DNA of 64,000 nt, taken from assembly GCA_964016885.1 (NCBI GenBank), contig OZ024750.1:40362001-40426000 (forward strand), read 5' to 3'. The notes under the pieces are model-generated. The model was not told the origin of the DNA, made no database searches, and saw nothing but the letters and a program-made list of their open reading frames with translations. This document shows positions 1 through 14,690 of the stretch, piece after piece (position 1 is the stretch's first letter; each line of letters opens with the position of its first letter). The position numbers were made by a program, and so were the translations under genes. The DNA comes from Eledone cirrhosa (lineage: Eukaryota).

Positions 1-53
1 ACATATCATCCCCACAGCCAAAACAAACGACCAAGTAATTCGGGTCAAACAAT

Positions 54-128
<75 letters not shown>

Positions 129-273
129 ATATATATATTTCGTTTCTGAATTTGTTTAGCATGATTCTTTATCTGAAATCGTGTGTTGAAACCGATATTG
201 TTATACTTTGGGAGGGTCATGTTGCCAATAAGAAACACACGCACCAGTTGCTTTCACTTCAATTTATTATATA

Positions 274-1494
274 CTAGCAGTAAAGCCCGGCGTTGCTCGG
301 GGTCGCTCAGTAGCTGTGTTAAAGTTACAATGTTAAGTTTCTTTTTTGGCTTAAAAACTGTAGTGTCTACTGTGCAGACTTGCATGTGGTGTTTTTGATT
401 AATGTTCCCTCAACCAACAATATGCCTTATGAAGTTAAGAAAACATAACGATAACCCGAATGTTATAACAAAAGAGGATGCTGGGGATAAAAACTGCACT
501 GGTTATTTATTAACAAAGATCGAAAATGTAAACACTGCAACGCAGAGAAAAACATTAGCGTAACCAAATTATCAGTTATGTCTGTCTGCACGCCTATATC
601 ACCTCTCTGCACGACTGTCTGTCTGCACGCCTATATCACCTCTCTGCACGACTGTCTGTCTGCACGCCTATATCAACTCTCTGCACGACTGTCTGTCTGC
701 ACGCGTATATCACCTCTCTGCACGACTGTCTGTCTGCACGACTGTCTGTCTGCACGCCTAACAAAATTTACAGATACATATATTTTAAATAAACTTATAT
801 AATTTTTGCTTTTTTTTACGAAATATTTGCTTGTTTTACGTAGTCTTTAAATAGACTTGTTTTCAAGTAAAAATATTGTTTTAAAAGGCTTTTAAATGGA
901 AATGAAGCAAAACGGAAGCTTAGTGTTCGAACTGATGAATTTTGCAGGTCCAAATTTTGCTGGCTCGACAACTGTTCGTGTATTGTGTTAATGTCATTTT
1001 AAACGCTGAAAAAGCCAGCGTAATTTTTTTAATTTTTGCCAGCGTAATTTTTTTTATTTTTGCACGCAGAAAATGTAAACAGAACGTAAGACGCTACGCT
1101 GAATGTAAACAGAACAAAGGGAAATCATTTTTTTAATTTTTGCACGCAGAAAATGTAAACAGAACGTAAGACGCTACGCTGAATGTAAACAGAACAAAGG
1201 GAAATCATTTTTTTAATTTTTGCACGCAGAAAATGTAAAGAGAACGTAAGACGCTACGCTGAATGTAAACAGAACAAAGGGAAATAACTGATCACTTACG
1301 CTCAAAAATCGATACATTATATTCGATTTCGTCAGATAGGGCGGGTCAATTTGAAATATTTTTTTTCCGATGTCTTCGCTAGGGCTCAATGTACAAGTAT
1401 AGCAATTTCGGTGCAATTCCGTGAGAGATTGTAAGAGGAGATGTGTGCCAAAAATCGATAGACAGACAGACAACCTCAGTTTTATATATATAGA
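274..1494 (-). mobile_element. Non-autonomous Helitron
   Basis: On the minus strand it begins TCTATATATATAAAAC and ends with hairpin CCCGAGCAACGCCGGG + CTAG. It sits between A and T with no TSD (empty site visible in the pLTR at ~10565) and carries (CTGT)n near the 5' end. Confidence 0.85.
579..760. repeat. ~37 bp minisatellite inside the Helitron
   Basis: Unit ctgtctgtctgcacgcctatatcacctctctgcacga, about 5 copies. A separate ~77 bp unit x3 lies at ~1057-1285. Confidence 0.9.
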
Positions 1495-1565
1495 TTTATA
1501 AATTTACAAATTTATAAATTTCTGGTTGGTTGGTTGGTTCCACAACCAGATAGCTGTTTATATAT

Positions 1566-1610
1566 AGTCATAGTTCTTTCGTCACACACTCTGTGACCTC
1601 TTCAGTGACT
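1566..1610 (-). ncRNA. Minimal type I hammerhead ribozyme in pLTR
   Basis: Minus strand: agtca CTGAAGA g gtcac-agagtgt-gtgac GAAA g-aa-c TA tgact; stems I and II pair. Confidence 0.75.
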
Positions 1611-1670
1611 GGGGATTCCTTTCTTTGTTTCTGTGCCTCTCCTTTGTTCTGTCCTACGCCATTTTGTTTC

Positions 1671-1809
<139 letters not shown>

Positions 1810-1810
1810 T

Positions 1811-1870
<60 letters not shown>

Positions 1871-1876
1871 TATATA

Positions 1877-1948
<72 letters not shown>

Positions 1949-1960
1949 TATATATATATG

Positions 1961-1991
<31 letters not shown>

Positions 1992-2000
1992 GTATATATA

Positions 2001-2081
<81 letters not shown>

Positions 2082-2113
2082 ATAAATGGAAACTATATTT
2101 ATAAAACCATATT

Positions 2114-2179
2114 TATTTCATTATATATATTTCAGGGATAACATATTAACAATATGCTATGCCTTCCTCAGACAAAATA
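2114..2179 (-). ncRNA. Type I hammerhead ribozyme
   Basis: tattttgt CTGAGGA aggcatagcatatt-gtt-aatatgttatccct GAAA t-atat-a TA atgaaata. Confidence 0.7.
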
Positions 2180-2298
2180 CAATATAAACAGTTTTATAGA
2201 TAAATAGATTCGACATACCGTAACAACATCTACTTGCATTTGAGAAGGTTGATTTGGTAGTGACAAAATTGTACACAACAATTTAAATATAACTTTCC

Positions 2299-2334
<36 letters not shown>

Positions 2335-2505
2335 ATATATATGACGATTGAAATCCAATCGTTTTCATGAAATAGTCTTTAAGACTATACAGAGCATTTG
2401 ATGTTTTTCCAAACTGAAGGATAAGTGTTTTAAACTTTATTTTATCATGAGTTAAGGGTCTATTGATTTTTCCCTGGATTTCACTAAATTCTGTGGATGA
2501 ATTTG

Positions 2506-2715
<210 letters not shown>

Positions 2716-2749
2716 AATATATATATATATATATACATAAATATATATA

Positions 2750-2850
2750 TGTTGGTCTATCCTTTCACCTATGCTACGAGCTGTCTCGCCTATGTATGTT
2801 GTTGTCATGCTTCTGCAAGTACCCTCTGTACATCTTATGCTATAGATAGA
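2750..2850 (-). pseudogene. Penelope GIY-YIG endonuclease remnant
   Basis: Translates to [16 protein letters not shown]; nucleotide similarity to 6690-6785. Confidence 0.75.
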
Positions 2851-3178
2851 CTAATTTTACTGGATTCCTGTTGATAAGCACAGTAGATTTGGGTATTTCA
2901 CTCTTTTATTTCAACTCCATTTCGATTCTCTTTATTTTTCAATTCACATTCCACCGTTGCGAAACTTATTTGGGTTTCGAGGTTCAAATTCGTCTACGGA
3001 ACAGGTTTGAATTTCGAAATTTAAATATGTCCAGGAATCATGGCTGTTGCCAATATAAGCTTGTCTTTATTGACTTATATCGAGACAGACAAATTGTATT
3101 TACTTTAATTAGTTTATTTCATTAATAGCTAACTTTGTCTGTTGGAATATGAACACATTTCGTGTTTATCATATATTT

Positions 3179-3218
<40 letters not shown>

Positions 3219-3240
3219 TATATATATATATATATATATA

Positions 3241-3371
<131 letters not shown>

Positions 3372-3434
3372 ATTTATATATATATATTTATATATATATA
3401 TATTTATATATATATATTTATATATATATATATT

Positions 3435-3465
<31 letters not shown>

Positions 3466-3520
3466 ATATTTATATATATATTTATATATATATATTTATA
3501 TATATATTTATATATATATA

Positions 3521-3589
<69 letters not shown>

Positions 3590-4193
3590 TTATATATATA
3601 TTTATATATATATATATATTTATATAAAGGTTAAAATACTGGAGCGTGTTGGAGTTAAACACCCTCTTCGTATTATAGAAATGACAGTAAAAGGTATAGC
3701 TCAATGTAGTTAAACAGAGCCGAAAAATTCGGTAGATGTATTAGTATTATCATTATTATTATTCTCATTCCTATCATGCTCATTTTCATATTCAAACTCT
3801 TGATAAGGTTAAATTTGTGCAGTTGAAGATAGATGTGTGTATTGTTGTAGGTGTATGTGTGTGTGTGTGTGTGCACACATATATACATATGCATAATGTA
3901 CCTTTTGATTTTCCATTGTAACTTTAATGTTGGTAAAGGTATAATTATATTATATTACATTATATTATATATGATTCCTGATCTATATAACCACCTTTGT
4001 CTAGCTCTAGGTTTTTTTTGCATTGGACTATATTTGTAATATGGTTCTTAATGTCACATACATCCTTAGTAATTTTCATTATATATTTTTATTATTTTTA
4101 TTATATATTTTTGCAATACTTTAGTATATGTACACACCATATTCTTCGGAGCTTCTGGCTTGTATCTGCCGTTATTACTTCTTGTTGTTTGAA

Positions 4194-4236
4194 TTGCCCT
4201 GATGAGTCCTTAATAGGACGAAACATTGTCGGCTAA
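4194..4236 (+). ncRNA. Type I hammerhead ribozyme
   Basis: ttgcc CTGATGA gtcct-taat-aggac GAAAC att GTC ggctaa, followed by AATAAA. Confidence 0.82.
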
Positions 4237-4331
4237 TAAAGACTTTTGATGTATTGAAGGCTTCTTTGTTTTACTCTCTTAATTATATATTTATATATAT
4301 ATTTATATATATATATATTTATATATATATT

Positions 4332-4367
<36 letters not shown>

Positions 4368-4487
4368 TATATATATATTTATATATATATATATTTATAT
4401 ATATATTTATATATATATTTATATATATATTTATATATATATATTTATATATATATATTTATATATATATTTATATATATATATATT

Positions 4488-4536
<49 letters not shown>

Positions 4537-4538
4537 TT

Positions 4539-5620
<1,082 letters not shown>

Positions 5621-5641
5621 TTATATATATATTTATATATA

Positions 5642-5732
<91 letters not shown>

Positions 5733-5795
5733 ATTTATATATATATATTTATTTATATATATATTTATATATATATATATATTTATATATATATT

Positions 5796-5826
<31 letters not shown>

Positions 5827-5895
5827 ATTTATATATATATATTTATATATATATTTATATATATATATTTATATATATATATTTATATATATATT

Positions 5896-5928
<33 letters not shown>

Positions 5929-6200
5929 ATATATTTATACATTATGAAGAGAGAAGAAACATTTAGATATAATTAGTAATAAAATTTCGTTTCTGAATTT
6001 GTTTAGCAAGATTCTTTATCTGAAATCGTGTGTTGAAACCGATATTGTTATACTTTGGGAGGGTCATGTTGCCAATAAGAAACACACGCACCAGTTGCTT
6101 TCACTTCAATTTAATTTAATATATATTTATAAATTTACAAATTTATAAATTTCTGGTTGGTTGGTTGGTTCCACAACCAGATAGTTGTTTATATATATAT

Positions 6201-6245
6201 AGTCATAGTTCTTTCGTCACACACTCTGTGACCTCTTCAGTGACT
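6201..6245 (-). ncRNA. Minimal type I hammerhead ribozyme in the 3' pLTR
   Basis: Identical motif to 1566-1610; same strand as the PLE ORF. Confidence 0.78.
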
Positions 6246-6465
6246 GGAGATTTCTTTCTTCGTTTCTGTGCCTTTCCTTTCTTCTATCCTACGCCATTTT
6301 GTTTGTGTGTGGGTTGCGTGCTCAGTTTGCGCATGCGCCACATCCGGGTGTCTGTGTGTGTTTGTGTTCATTTTTCTATTTTTCTATTTATATTTGTTTG
6401 TTTATTTATTTATTTATTGTTGGTTGGTTGTTTGTTCTATGTGTGTGTGTGTTTTCATTTTGTCC

Positions 6466-9400
6466 TTAATTGTAAGTTGTGATGTTGCTGTTCCACTCAT
6501 ATTTTCTATTTAATTTTGGTTTTAATTCTTTTATGCTTACTGCCTCTGTAATTTGCCTAAACATTGCGTCTTTCTTGTGTGTGGATTCTATTTTTATTTC
6601 TATGCTCTCTAATTTACCCCTGTGTTCTATCTTAGCATGTTGGTAGAGCACAGATGATTCTTTACTATCTTGGAGGTCTCGCCAGTGTTCATTTATTCGT
6701 TCCCCTATACTACGAGCTGTCTCACCTATGTACACTATATTTTTGTTTCTACATTGTCCCTCAGTACATCTTATGCTATATACTACATTTCTAGTTTTAC
6801 AGTTAATATGGGGGCTTATTTTACAGGTTATACATTTCTTATCTATACATGAGGGTCTTTGGAACGGGTATGTCTTGCTAATAAGTGTTTTTACGGAGGT
6901 ACCAGGTCTTTCTACTATCTTAATATTGAGATTATGTTTCTTTAGGGCCCTTCTAAATTTGTAGGCTAGTTCGCCTCTAGGGGTTGTATTGATGAACATT
7001 ACACTCTGGTATTTATTGCTATCATACCATGAGTTTATTCTATTGGCCTTGTTCTTAGTTCTTTCTATTCTATTCCAAAATTTGCTCCTATACAAGGGGC
7101 AGGTCCCATTTATGTCATTATTTACCATTTTTTCCCATTTGGTTCTGGCTCCTTTATACACTCTGATTCTATCTCTCTGATTGTAGCCAGAGAACTGCAT
7201 ACGGTGGATGAAGTGTTGTATGTGTCTCTCTAGTTCTTCGGGGTTGCACATGCGGGACACATTTCTCATCACCCGTATCAAATCCGCAATCAGTATGTTG
7301 ATTTTGGTATGGTCCGAAATGGCCGAGTTTCGGTGGATCAGATGTTTGGAAGTCATGGGTTTGGCATAATGGGAATGGAGGATTTGTTTTTGGTTGTGAA
7401 TAGTATCTAACCAGAGCTCTGTGTCTAGTACAGGTAATCGATGGTTGGGGTGTCTACTTGGGTAGTCTATAGTAACTCTAATGCTCTGGTGGATGGAGTT
7501 TGCTATTTGCTGGATGCTTTCCATTGTGTTTTTCTCAGGTTCCTGACTGTTCTTTAGTGGGGGTGTCTTAACTACGATGTTTATATCATCTACGTAGCGG
7601 GAGTACATTATCAGGGTTAAGCTGTCTTCTAATTGTTCTTTAAGTTTTTGTTTAAGTCTACTGTCCCACCATACCATGAACAAGTTAGCTATGTCGCCTG
7701 CAATGCTAACACCAATGGCTGCTCCTTCCTCTTGGGCATATGTTTTACCATTAAATTTGAACATATGTTCCTTAAGGGTTAATTTTATGCTGGCCCCTAC
7801 CGCATGTGCAATCATTTTCTTCAGTTCATCGTGGTTTTCGGGTGTCCGTATGGCTCTGGTCCACCCGTTCCATCTATCTGTGTGGGTTTTCTTGGCCATT
7901 GAGGTAATGGTAGGTGGTCTGCCTCTTGCTGGTCTTGTAGGGCACAGGTTGCTAAGGTCATAAGTGTCTAGGTAACTATTACTATGGGTAAGCTTAAGTA
8001 GAAGTCCCAGCTCACTGGTATCAATCCCACGGAACTCAACCTTGCTCTCGCTGATCATTTCGACGCATTTCTCCACAGCAAAATCCACGTCAATAGATGG
8101 ATACAGGGACACAACATCCATACTGCCTATTATGCAGTTTGTTAGGTCCCCAGATCGGTTACCCGCGTCGATTCTGCTGAGGAGGTCCTCCGTGCTGTCA
8201 CACACATCTGGGGACATCTCAATGATGGGGCGTATGATCAGGGAGAGGAAGTAGGACAGTCTGTAGTTACTAGCAATGTTAGCCCCACAGACTGGCCGTG
8301 TTGGTGGTCCCGCGACAGGGTCCCAGCCCGTTTTATGGTCTTTTCGAAGCCCATACAACGCCGGCACGTCATTGTTCCAGGCCTGGAAGTTGTTGGCAGT
8401 CCTTTTGTTGGGCTGCATTATATTTGTCCACATCACCATATGGGCATTGAGGGTTTTTTCTCTATCCTCATGCTCCTGTGGTGTTACCTCTCTTGTGTTA
8501 GTGATGTGGGGTTGCATTGCCTGGATGTAGTTTGGCAGGCTGTCAACCGACATTCTGCCAGACTTGTCTGTTGGAAAGCATGCTATCTCTCCATTACGCG
8601 AGCGCTGCATGAGCTTACGCAAGCCATTTGCAGATTCTTCTCCCAGTTGCTGGGCCTCTATTCTATTATGCTTCTTGCTATACTGTTCTATAATATTTCT
8701 AAGTTCGGATTTAGCTATACTAAATTGTGCTTCTGTTTGTTCATCGACCTGCGACGGCAACTGCGTGCGTTTGTTAAATGGCAAAGTCGTGGCGTGGACT
8801 CGTCGTAGGTCGAATGATTTATCGGAGGGGTTATAAAACGGAGAGTTCCAGGCTGCTGCTGCTTTATGTGTACTAGTGCTATTGTTAGTTGTGTTGTTTC
8901 TATTTCCACCAACAGCAGCAGCCTCAGCTTCATGGTTGTTTCTATGTCTCTCATAATTACTCCTGTCTCTTTCCACTGGCTCAATGTTGTTATCTACCCT
9001 ATTTTGTGTGTCTGTGTGTTCGTCTTGGTTATTCTCTTTGTCCTTAGTCTCCCTACTCCTTTTAATCCTATTACTTTCTCTTATTTCTCTGATTTCTGTG
9101 CTACTGTCATTACTTGTTTTCTGTGTCTGTGTGTTTGTTAAGATTGTAGTGGTGGTGAGAGGCATTGAATGTGTGTGTGTTGTTGTTGTTGATGTGTGTT
9201 GTTGTTGATGTGTGTTGTTGTCTCCGTGTGTGTGTGTGTTATCGTTGTTGTGTGTGTTGTTATTGTTGTTTGTGTTTGCGTGTCTGTTGTTGTTGTATCT
9301 GGGTATGTTGCTGTTGTTGCTGTTGTTGATGTGTGTGTTGTTGTTATTGTTGTCTCCGTGTGTGTTGTTATTGTTGTTTGTGTCTGCGTGTCTGTTGTAT

Positions 9401-9732
9401 CTGGGTATGTTGCTATTGTTGGTATTGTATCTGGGTATGTTGCTATTGTTGTTGTTATTGTTGTTTGTGTCTGTGTGTCTGTTGTTGTTGGGATGTGTGT
9501 TGTATATGTGTGTGCGTATATTGTTGCTTTTGTTTTTGTTTTTGATGCTCCAGCGTAGTTTCGTAAATGATTTTTCTATTTCTGACAGACAACTAATCAT
9601 ATTTACCTTCTTGAATGTCGCAAATTTGGGTGGCAGACGTAACACAGACATTTCATTATTATCTATTTTCGTGTTTCCATAAATGTTGGTATTTTTATTG
9701 TTGAACTCTTCAGATAATGAGGTGTCGGCCAT
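6466..9732 (-). CDS. Penelope-like element ORF: reverse transcriptase + C-terminal GIY-YIG endonuclease
   Basis: PTDKSG, LYGLRKDHK, TRPV, SMDVVSLYPSI, GAAIG, YSRYVDD, LPVLD; Cys linker CIDKKCITC...C; NVVYSIRC...[16 protein letters not shown]...EAVSI...LN. The frame stays open a short way upstream of the Met. Confidence 0.95.
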   Translation of the reverse strand: MADTSLSEEFNNKNTNIYGNTKIDNNEMSVLRLPPKFATFKKVNMISCLSEIEKSFTKLRWSIKNKNKSNNIRTHIYNTHPNNNRHTDTNNNNNNNSNIPRYNTNNSNIPRYNRHADTNNNNNTHGDNNNNNTHINNSNNSNIPRYNNNRHANTNNNNNTHNNDNTHTHGDNNTHQQQHTSTTTTHTHSMPLTTTTILTNTQTQKTSNDSSTEIREIRESNRIKRSRETKDKENNQDEHTDTQNRVDNNIEPVERDRSNYERHRNNHEAEAAAVGGNRNNTTNNSTSTHKAAAAWNSPFYNPSDKSFDLRRVHATTLPFNKRTQLPSQVDEQTEAQFSIAKSELRNIIEQYSKKHNRIEAQQLGEESANGLRKLMQRSRNGEIACFPTDKSGRMSVDSLPNYIQAMQPHITNTREVTPQEHEDREKTLNAHMVMWTNIMQPNKRTANNFQAWNNDVPALYGLRKDHKTGWDPVAGPPTRPVCGANIASNYRLSYFLSLIIRPIIEMSPDVCDSTEDLLSRIDAGNRSGDLTNCIIGSMDVVSLYPSIDVDFAVEKCVEMISESKVEFRGIDTSELGLLLKLTHSNSYLDTYDLSNLCPTRPARGRPPTITSMAKKTHTDRWNGWTRAIRTPENHDELKKMIAHAVGASIKLTLKEHMFKFNGKTYAQEEGAAIGVSIAGDIANLFMVWWDSRLKQKLKEQLEDSLTLIMYSRYVDDINIVVKTPPLKNSQEPEKNTMESIQQIANSIHQSIRVTIDYPSRHPNHRLPVLDTELWLDTIHNQKQILHSHYAKPMTSKHLIHRNSAISDHTKINILIADLIRVMRNVSRMCNPEELERHIQHFIHRMQFSGYNQRDRIRVYKGARTKWEKMVNNDINGTCPLYRSKFWNRIERTKNKANRINSWYDSNKYQSVMFINTTPRGELAYKFRRALKKHNLNIKIVERPGTSVKTLISKTYPFQRPSCIDKKCITCKISPHINCKTRNVVYSIRCTEGQCRNKNIVYIGETARSIGERINEHWRDLQDSKESSVLYQHAKIEHRGKLESIEIKIESTHKKDAMFRQITEAVSIKELKPKLNRKYEWNSNITTYN

Positions 9733-9988
9733 GTTGATACCGTCAATTTTGTCGGGATATCTATTGGTATACTCTATAGTATCCAGTAATAAAATGTATC
9801 ATACCTAAACTGCTCCTAAATTCCTCGACTACGTAGTTTCGTGGCATAAACAAAAACAATATATCATAAATATATAGAGTCCTTGCGAGGTCTGCCGACT
9901 TAACTCACAGTTGGGTGCGGATGCATTCATGTATATATGTGTGTGTCCGCGTGTATCTGTGTGTTTCTAAATATATTATATATATATT

Positions 9989-10019
<31 letters not shown>

Positions 10020-10020
10020 T

Positions 10021-10075
<55 letters not shown>

Positions 10076-10295
10076 ATTTATATGTAGGAGGTGAGTTTTA
10101 TTGTAGTACAATAAAGCAATGCAGATATCGGATAAGAAGCACTCTACAGTTTGTGGGACTGGAGTATGCATAATATAAGATCAAAAGATGGTTAAAGGAG
10201 TTCAATATATTTTATTATGCGCATTTCAAAAATATGTTGATTTAAAACTGCACTATCAACAAGTGTTTTTTTAGCCTTCATATCATGTTCTCCTG

Positions 10296-10363
10296 TTTTA
10301 TCTGATGAAAACACAAATATTATTGTTTGATGATGTTTGTTTTTTGAAATGCGCATAATAAAA
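10296..10363 (+). ncRNA. Type I hammerhead ribozyme with a long stem II
   Basis: ttttat CTGATGA [acaaatattatt pairs with gatgatgtttgt, including G-U pairs] GAAA t-gcgc-a TA ataaaa. Confidence 0.78.
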
Positions 10364-10647
10364 TATATTGAACTCCTTTAACCATCTTTTGATCTTATAT
10401 TATATATATTTATATATATATTTATATATATATATCGTTTCTGAATTTGTTTAGCAAGATTCTTTATCTGAAATCGTGTGTTGAAACCGATATTGTTATA
10501 CTTTGGGAGGGTCATGTTGCCAATAAGAAACACACGCACCAGTTGCTTTCACTTCAATTTATTATATATTTATAAATTTACAAATCTACAAACTTATAAA
10601 TTTCTGGTTGGTTGGTTGGTTCCACAACCAGATAGTTGTTTATATAT

Positions 10648-10692
10648 AGTCATAGTCCTTTCGTCACACACTCTGTGACCTCTTCAGTGACT
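10648..10692 (-). ncRNA. Minimal type I hammerhead ribozyme in the 5' pLTR
   Basis: Same motif; the only change is in loop 3 (aa to ga). Confidence 0.78.
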
Positions 10693-11052
10693 GGGGATTC
10701 CTTTCTTTGTTTCTGTGCCTTTCCTTTCTTCTGTCCTACGCCATTTTGTTTCTGTGTGTGTGTTGTGTGCTCAGTTTGCGCATGCGCCACATCCGGGTGT
10801 CTGTGTGTGTTTGTGTTCATTTATCTATTTGTTTATTTATTTACATGTTGTTGGTTGGTTGTTTGTTCTATGTGTGTGTGTGTTTTCATTTTGTCCTTGG
10901 ACAACTATCTGGTTGTGGAACCAACCAACCAACCAGAAATTTATAAGTTTGTAGATTTGTAAATTTATAAATTTATAAATATATAATAAATTGAAGTGAA
11001 AGCAACTGGTGCGTGTGTTTCTTATTGGCAACATGACCCTCCCAAAGTATAA

Positions 11053-11092
<40 letters not shown>

Positions 11093-11179
11093 ATATTTAT
11101 ATGTATATATATATATTTATATATATATTTATATATATATATATATATATTCATATATATATATATTTATATATATATT

Positions 11180-11216
<37 letters not shown>

Positions 11217-11236
11217 TTATATATATATATATATAT

Positions 11237-11342
<106 letters not shown>

Positions 11343-11529
11343 ATATTAAATAAATGGAAACTATATTTATAAAACCATATTTATTTTATTATATATATTT
11401 TAAGGGTACCAAGATAACATTGGTACGCTTTCATCAGATAAAATACAAAGTTTGTTTTATAAATGTTCACATACCCATGAAAATCATACCTTAACGGGGT
11501 TGGAAATTCACTTCTACTTATATATATAC

Positions 11530-11608
<79 letters not shown>

Positions 11609-11765
11609 TGTGTGTTTGTGTGTGTGTGTGTGTGTATATACCTGTATAAATACATATGCATTGGTGTGTATGTGTCATGTCAGTTTGTTTAGTTGGCCTC
11701 AGAGAGCGTCTAGTATGGCACGCTAACGACTGGCTATAACAATTGCGATGAAATGATTGATAATA

Positions 11766-13347
11766 TCATAATCTATAAAGCTCAGTGTGTGGTCAAGCTC
11801 CTTCGTTATAGAAATCTACGATATAGAATTTCTTCAATTGAAATTTACCATTCAATATTCGAAACAGTTTCGATTGCGTCTTGACGCAGATAATTTTTTC
11901 AATTTCACCCACAATTACGCAAAAAATAGATAAAACTCAATATTTTACGATTTTTCTCTGTCATTTAAACTGCTAAACTCTTTCCACTACCATTAAAAAT
12001 CTATACAACTTCATACTTTCTGCTACTTTCTCTTTCCAAGCTTGATGGTGATACTGTCCGTTTTACTCTATAATATCATCTGCTTGCCTCCTCTATCTAC
12101 AACCCACACATTTTGCTACTTTCTCTTTTATACTTCAAACTTACTGATTTATTTCCAAACGCATACAAACACACACTCACTTCAATTAAACAACGTGCGG
12201 GATTTATAACCACAAACATTTGCCATTTGCAACATGTACGTAAAAAAATTCCTTTCTTAAAAATTTCAGTTCATTTTATTTGTTTCAATTTACGTTTCTA
12301 TACACTTTACACAAATATTTTCACATGTACGTAAACAACTTCCTTTCTTACAAATCTCACTTCATTTTCTTTCTTTTAATTCACGTTTCAATACACTTTA
12401 CACACTCTGTCGCTATACTTACCTAAACAATTTCTTGCAACTCCAAATATTTGTTTCTTTTCCTTCCACGGTCAAAATGTTTCCACATTTCATTCACATT
12501 ACAATTTCTATCTTTAACTAACTTTCACCCTTTATCATCATAATCTATAAAGCTCAGTGTGTGGACATGCTCCTTCGTTATAGAAATCTACGATATAGAA
12601 TTTCTTCAATTGAAATTTACAATTCAGAATTCGAAATAGCTTCGATTGCGTCTTGACGCAGATAATTTTTTCAATTTCACCCACAATTACGCAAAAAATA
12701 GATAAAACTCAATATTTTACGATTTTTCTCTCTCCTTTAAACTGCTGAACTCTTTCTACTACCATTCAAAATCTATACAACTTCATACTTTCTGCTACTT
12801 TCTCTTTCCAAGCTTGATGGTGATACTGTCCGTTCACACTACTCCCCACTGTCTTAAATTTAGAAAACACATATCCTCTATGAGGTTACTAAACCTGCTA
12901 GAAACAGCAGCTAACTCGCCCCCATATCACACCCCTCCCTACTGTCTTAAATTTAGAAAACACATCCTCTATGAGGTCACTAAACCTGCTAGAAACAACA
13001 GCTAACTCTCCCTCATATCACAACCCCCCCTACTGTCTTAAATTTAGAAAACACACAGACAACCATGCAGAACAACTCCATCGCAGCTCTGTTGTTCGGC
13101 TGGCATCATCTACGCGCGTGTTCTGCAAGTACTGTGAAACAATAAATTTCAACACTTTTTTGCACAGAGATAATATCCATAGGCGAAACTACAATTGTCA
13201 CTGCTGGCGCAGCTCCTGCTTCGGCAGTCCAGGTCTGCAATTCATTCACCCAGTGTCTGGCAGACAAAAAAGTGCTGCCATAAAATGGGTGGTGCAACCT
13301 AACTTTGGTAACTTAATGACCCCAAGCAACGCCGGGCTTTAATGCTA

Positions 13348-13348
<1 letters not shown>
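11766..13348 (+). mobile_element. Non-autonomous Helitron with a duplicated 5' end
   Basis: 5' TCATAATCTATAAAG at 11766, repeated at ~12539 (~300 bp direct repeat). The 3' end CCCAAGCAACGCCGGGCTTTAATGCTAG|T nearly matches the end of the 274-1494 element. Internal ~93 bp tandem repeats at 12840-13055. Confidence 0.78.
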
Positions 13349-13411
<63 letters not shown>

Positions 13412-13414
<3 letters not shown>

Positions 13415-14039
13415 CATAGGTTAAGTTTAACGTTCGAGAAAATGAAAGTAGATTTTCTGACAAGTGAATGTGTTTTTTTTGTTTTTTTTTACAGTGACAG
13501 TTACAATACACTGTTTGTTTATTTACAACAGGTATCTTTAGTGATATGATGTTAATTAGTATTGCGTGTGTGATTATTTTTTCTTTTTCTTTTTTTGTGT
13601 ATTGTGTGTACGGAAAATGACATTGTGTTGAAAGAAAGAAATTTTTTTTAAATAACTACATAGTTAGACGTTTGTTGCATATAACATATAAATTGACGTA
13701 CCTTATCTGTATTTCAGCTATTTATACGGTCTAATAAGGATGTTGATAAGGTACGTCAATTTATGTTATATGCAACAAACGTCTAACTATGTAGTTATTT
13801 AAAAAAAATTTCTTTCTTTCAACACAATGTCATTTTCCGTACACACAATACACAAAAAAAGAAAAAGAAAAAATAATCACACACGCAATACTAATTAACA
13901 TCATATCACTATAGAGACCTGTTGTAAATAAACAAACAGTGTATCGTAACTGTCACTGTAAAAAAAAACAAAAAAAACACATTCACTTGTCAGAAAATCT
14001 ACTTTCATTTTCTCGAACGTTAAACTTAACCTATGCCAT
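13412..14039. repeat. Long inverted repeat (~295 bp arms, ~37 bp loop) within (TA)n
   Basis: ggcataggttaagttt...gtaccttatc / gataaggtac...aaacttaacctatgcc. Confidence 0.92.
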
Positions 14040-14150
14040 ATATATATATATATATATGTATATACACATATATATAAGTATTGACGTTTATATATATACA
14101 CACACACATATGTATATATATATATACACATATATATAAATATTGAAGTT

Positions 14151-14186
<36 letters not shown>

Positions 14187-14220
14187 TATGTGTATATATA
14201 TATATATATATATACACACA

Positions 14221-14258
<38 letters not shown>

Positions 14259-14447
14259 TATACACACACACATATATATATATACCCACACACACATATA
14301 TATATACACACATACATACATGTGTGTGTGTGTGTGTATGTATATATATATATATATATATATGTGTGTAGGTATATATATATCTATATATACGTATATA
14401 TATATATACATATATATATATAAATATACACACATACATGTGTGTGT

Positions 14448-14480
<33 letters not shown>

Positions 14481-14558
14481 CACACACACACATATATATG
14501 TGCATATATATATATATATATGTGTGTGTGTATGTGTATATATATATATATGTATGTG

Positions 14559-14589
<31 letters not shown>

Positions 14590-14630
14590 TCATATATATA
14601 TTTTCATACACACACACACATACACACACT

Positions 14631-14690
<60 letters not shown>

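Larger units (their letters stand above)
5986..11057 (-). mobile_element. Near full-length Penelope-like retroelement: ORF flanked by direct pseudo-LTRs plus a partial inverted pLTR
   Basis: ~470 bp direct repeats at 5986-6467 (starting at the ORF stop codon) and 10435-10898, and an inverted partial copy at 10901-11057. This is the established PLE architecture. Confidence 0.88.

Noticed and set aside
9825-9845. GAAAC-TACGTA-GTC hammerhead half on the minus strand upstream of the PLE ORF
   Set aside because: No CTGAnGA partner or stem I found; at most a degenerate remnant.
11382-11445. Hammerhead-like motif (minus strand)
   Set aside because: The conserved GAAA reads AAAA, so it is probably inactive; not listed as a functional ncRNA.
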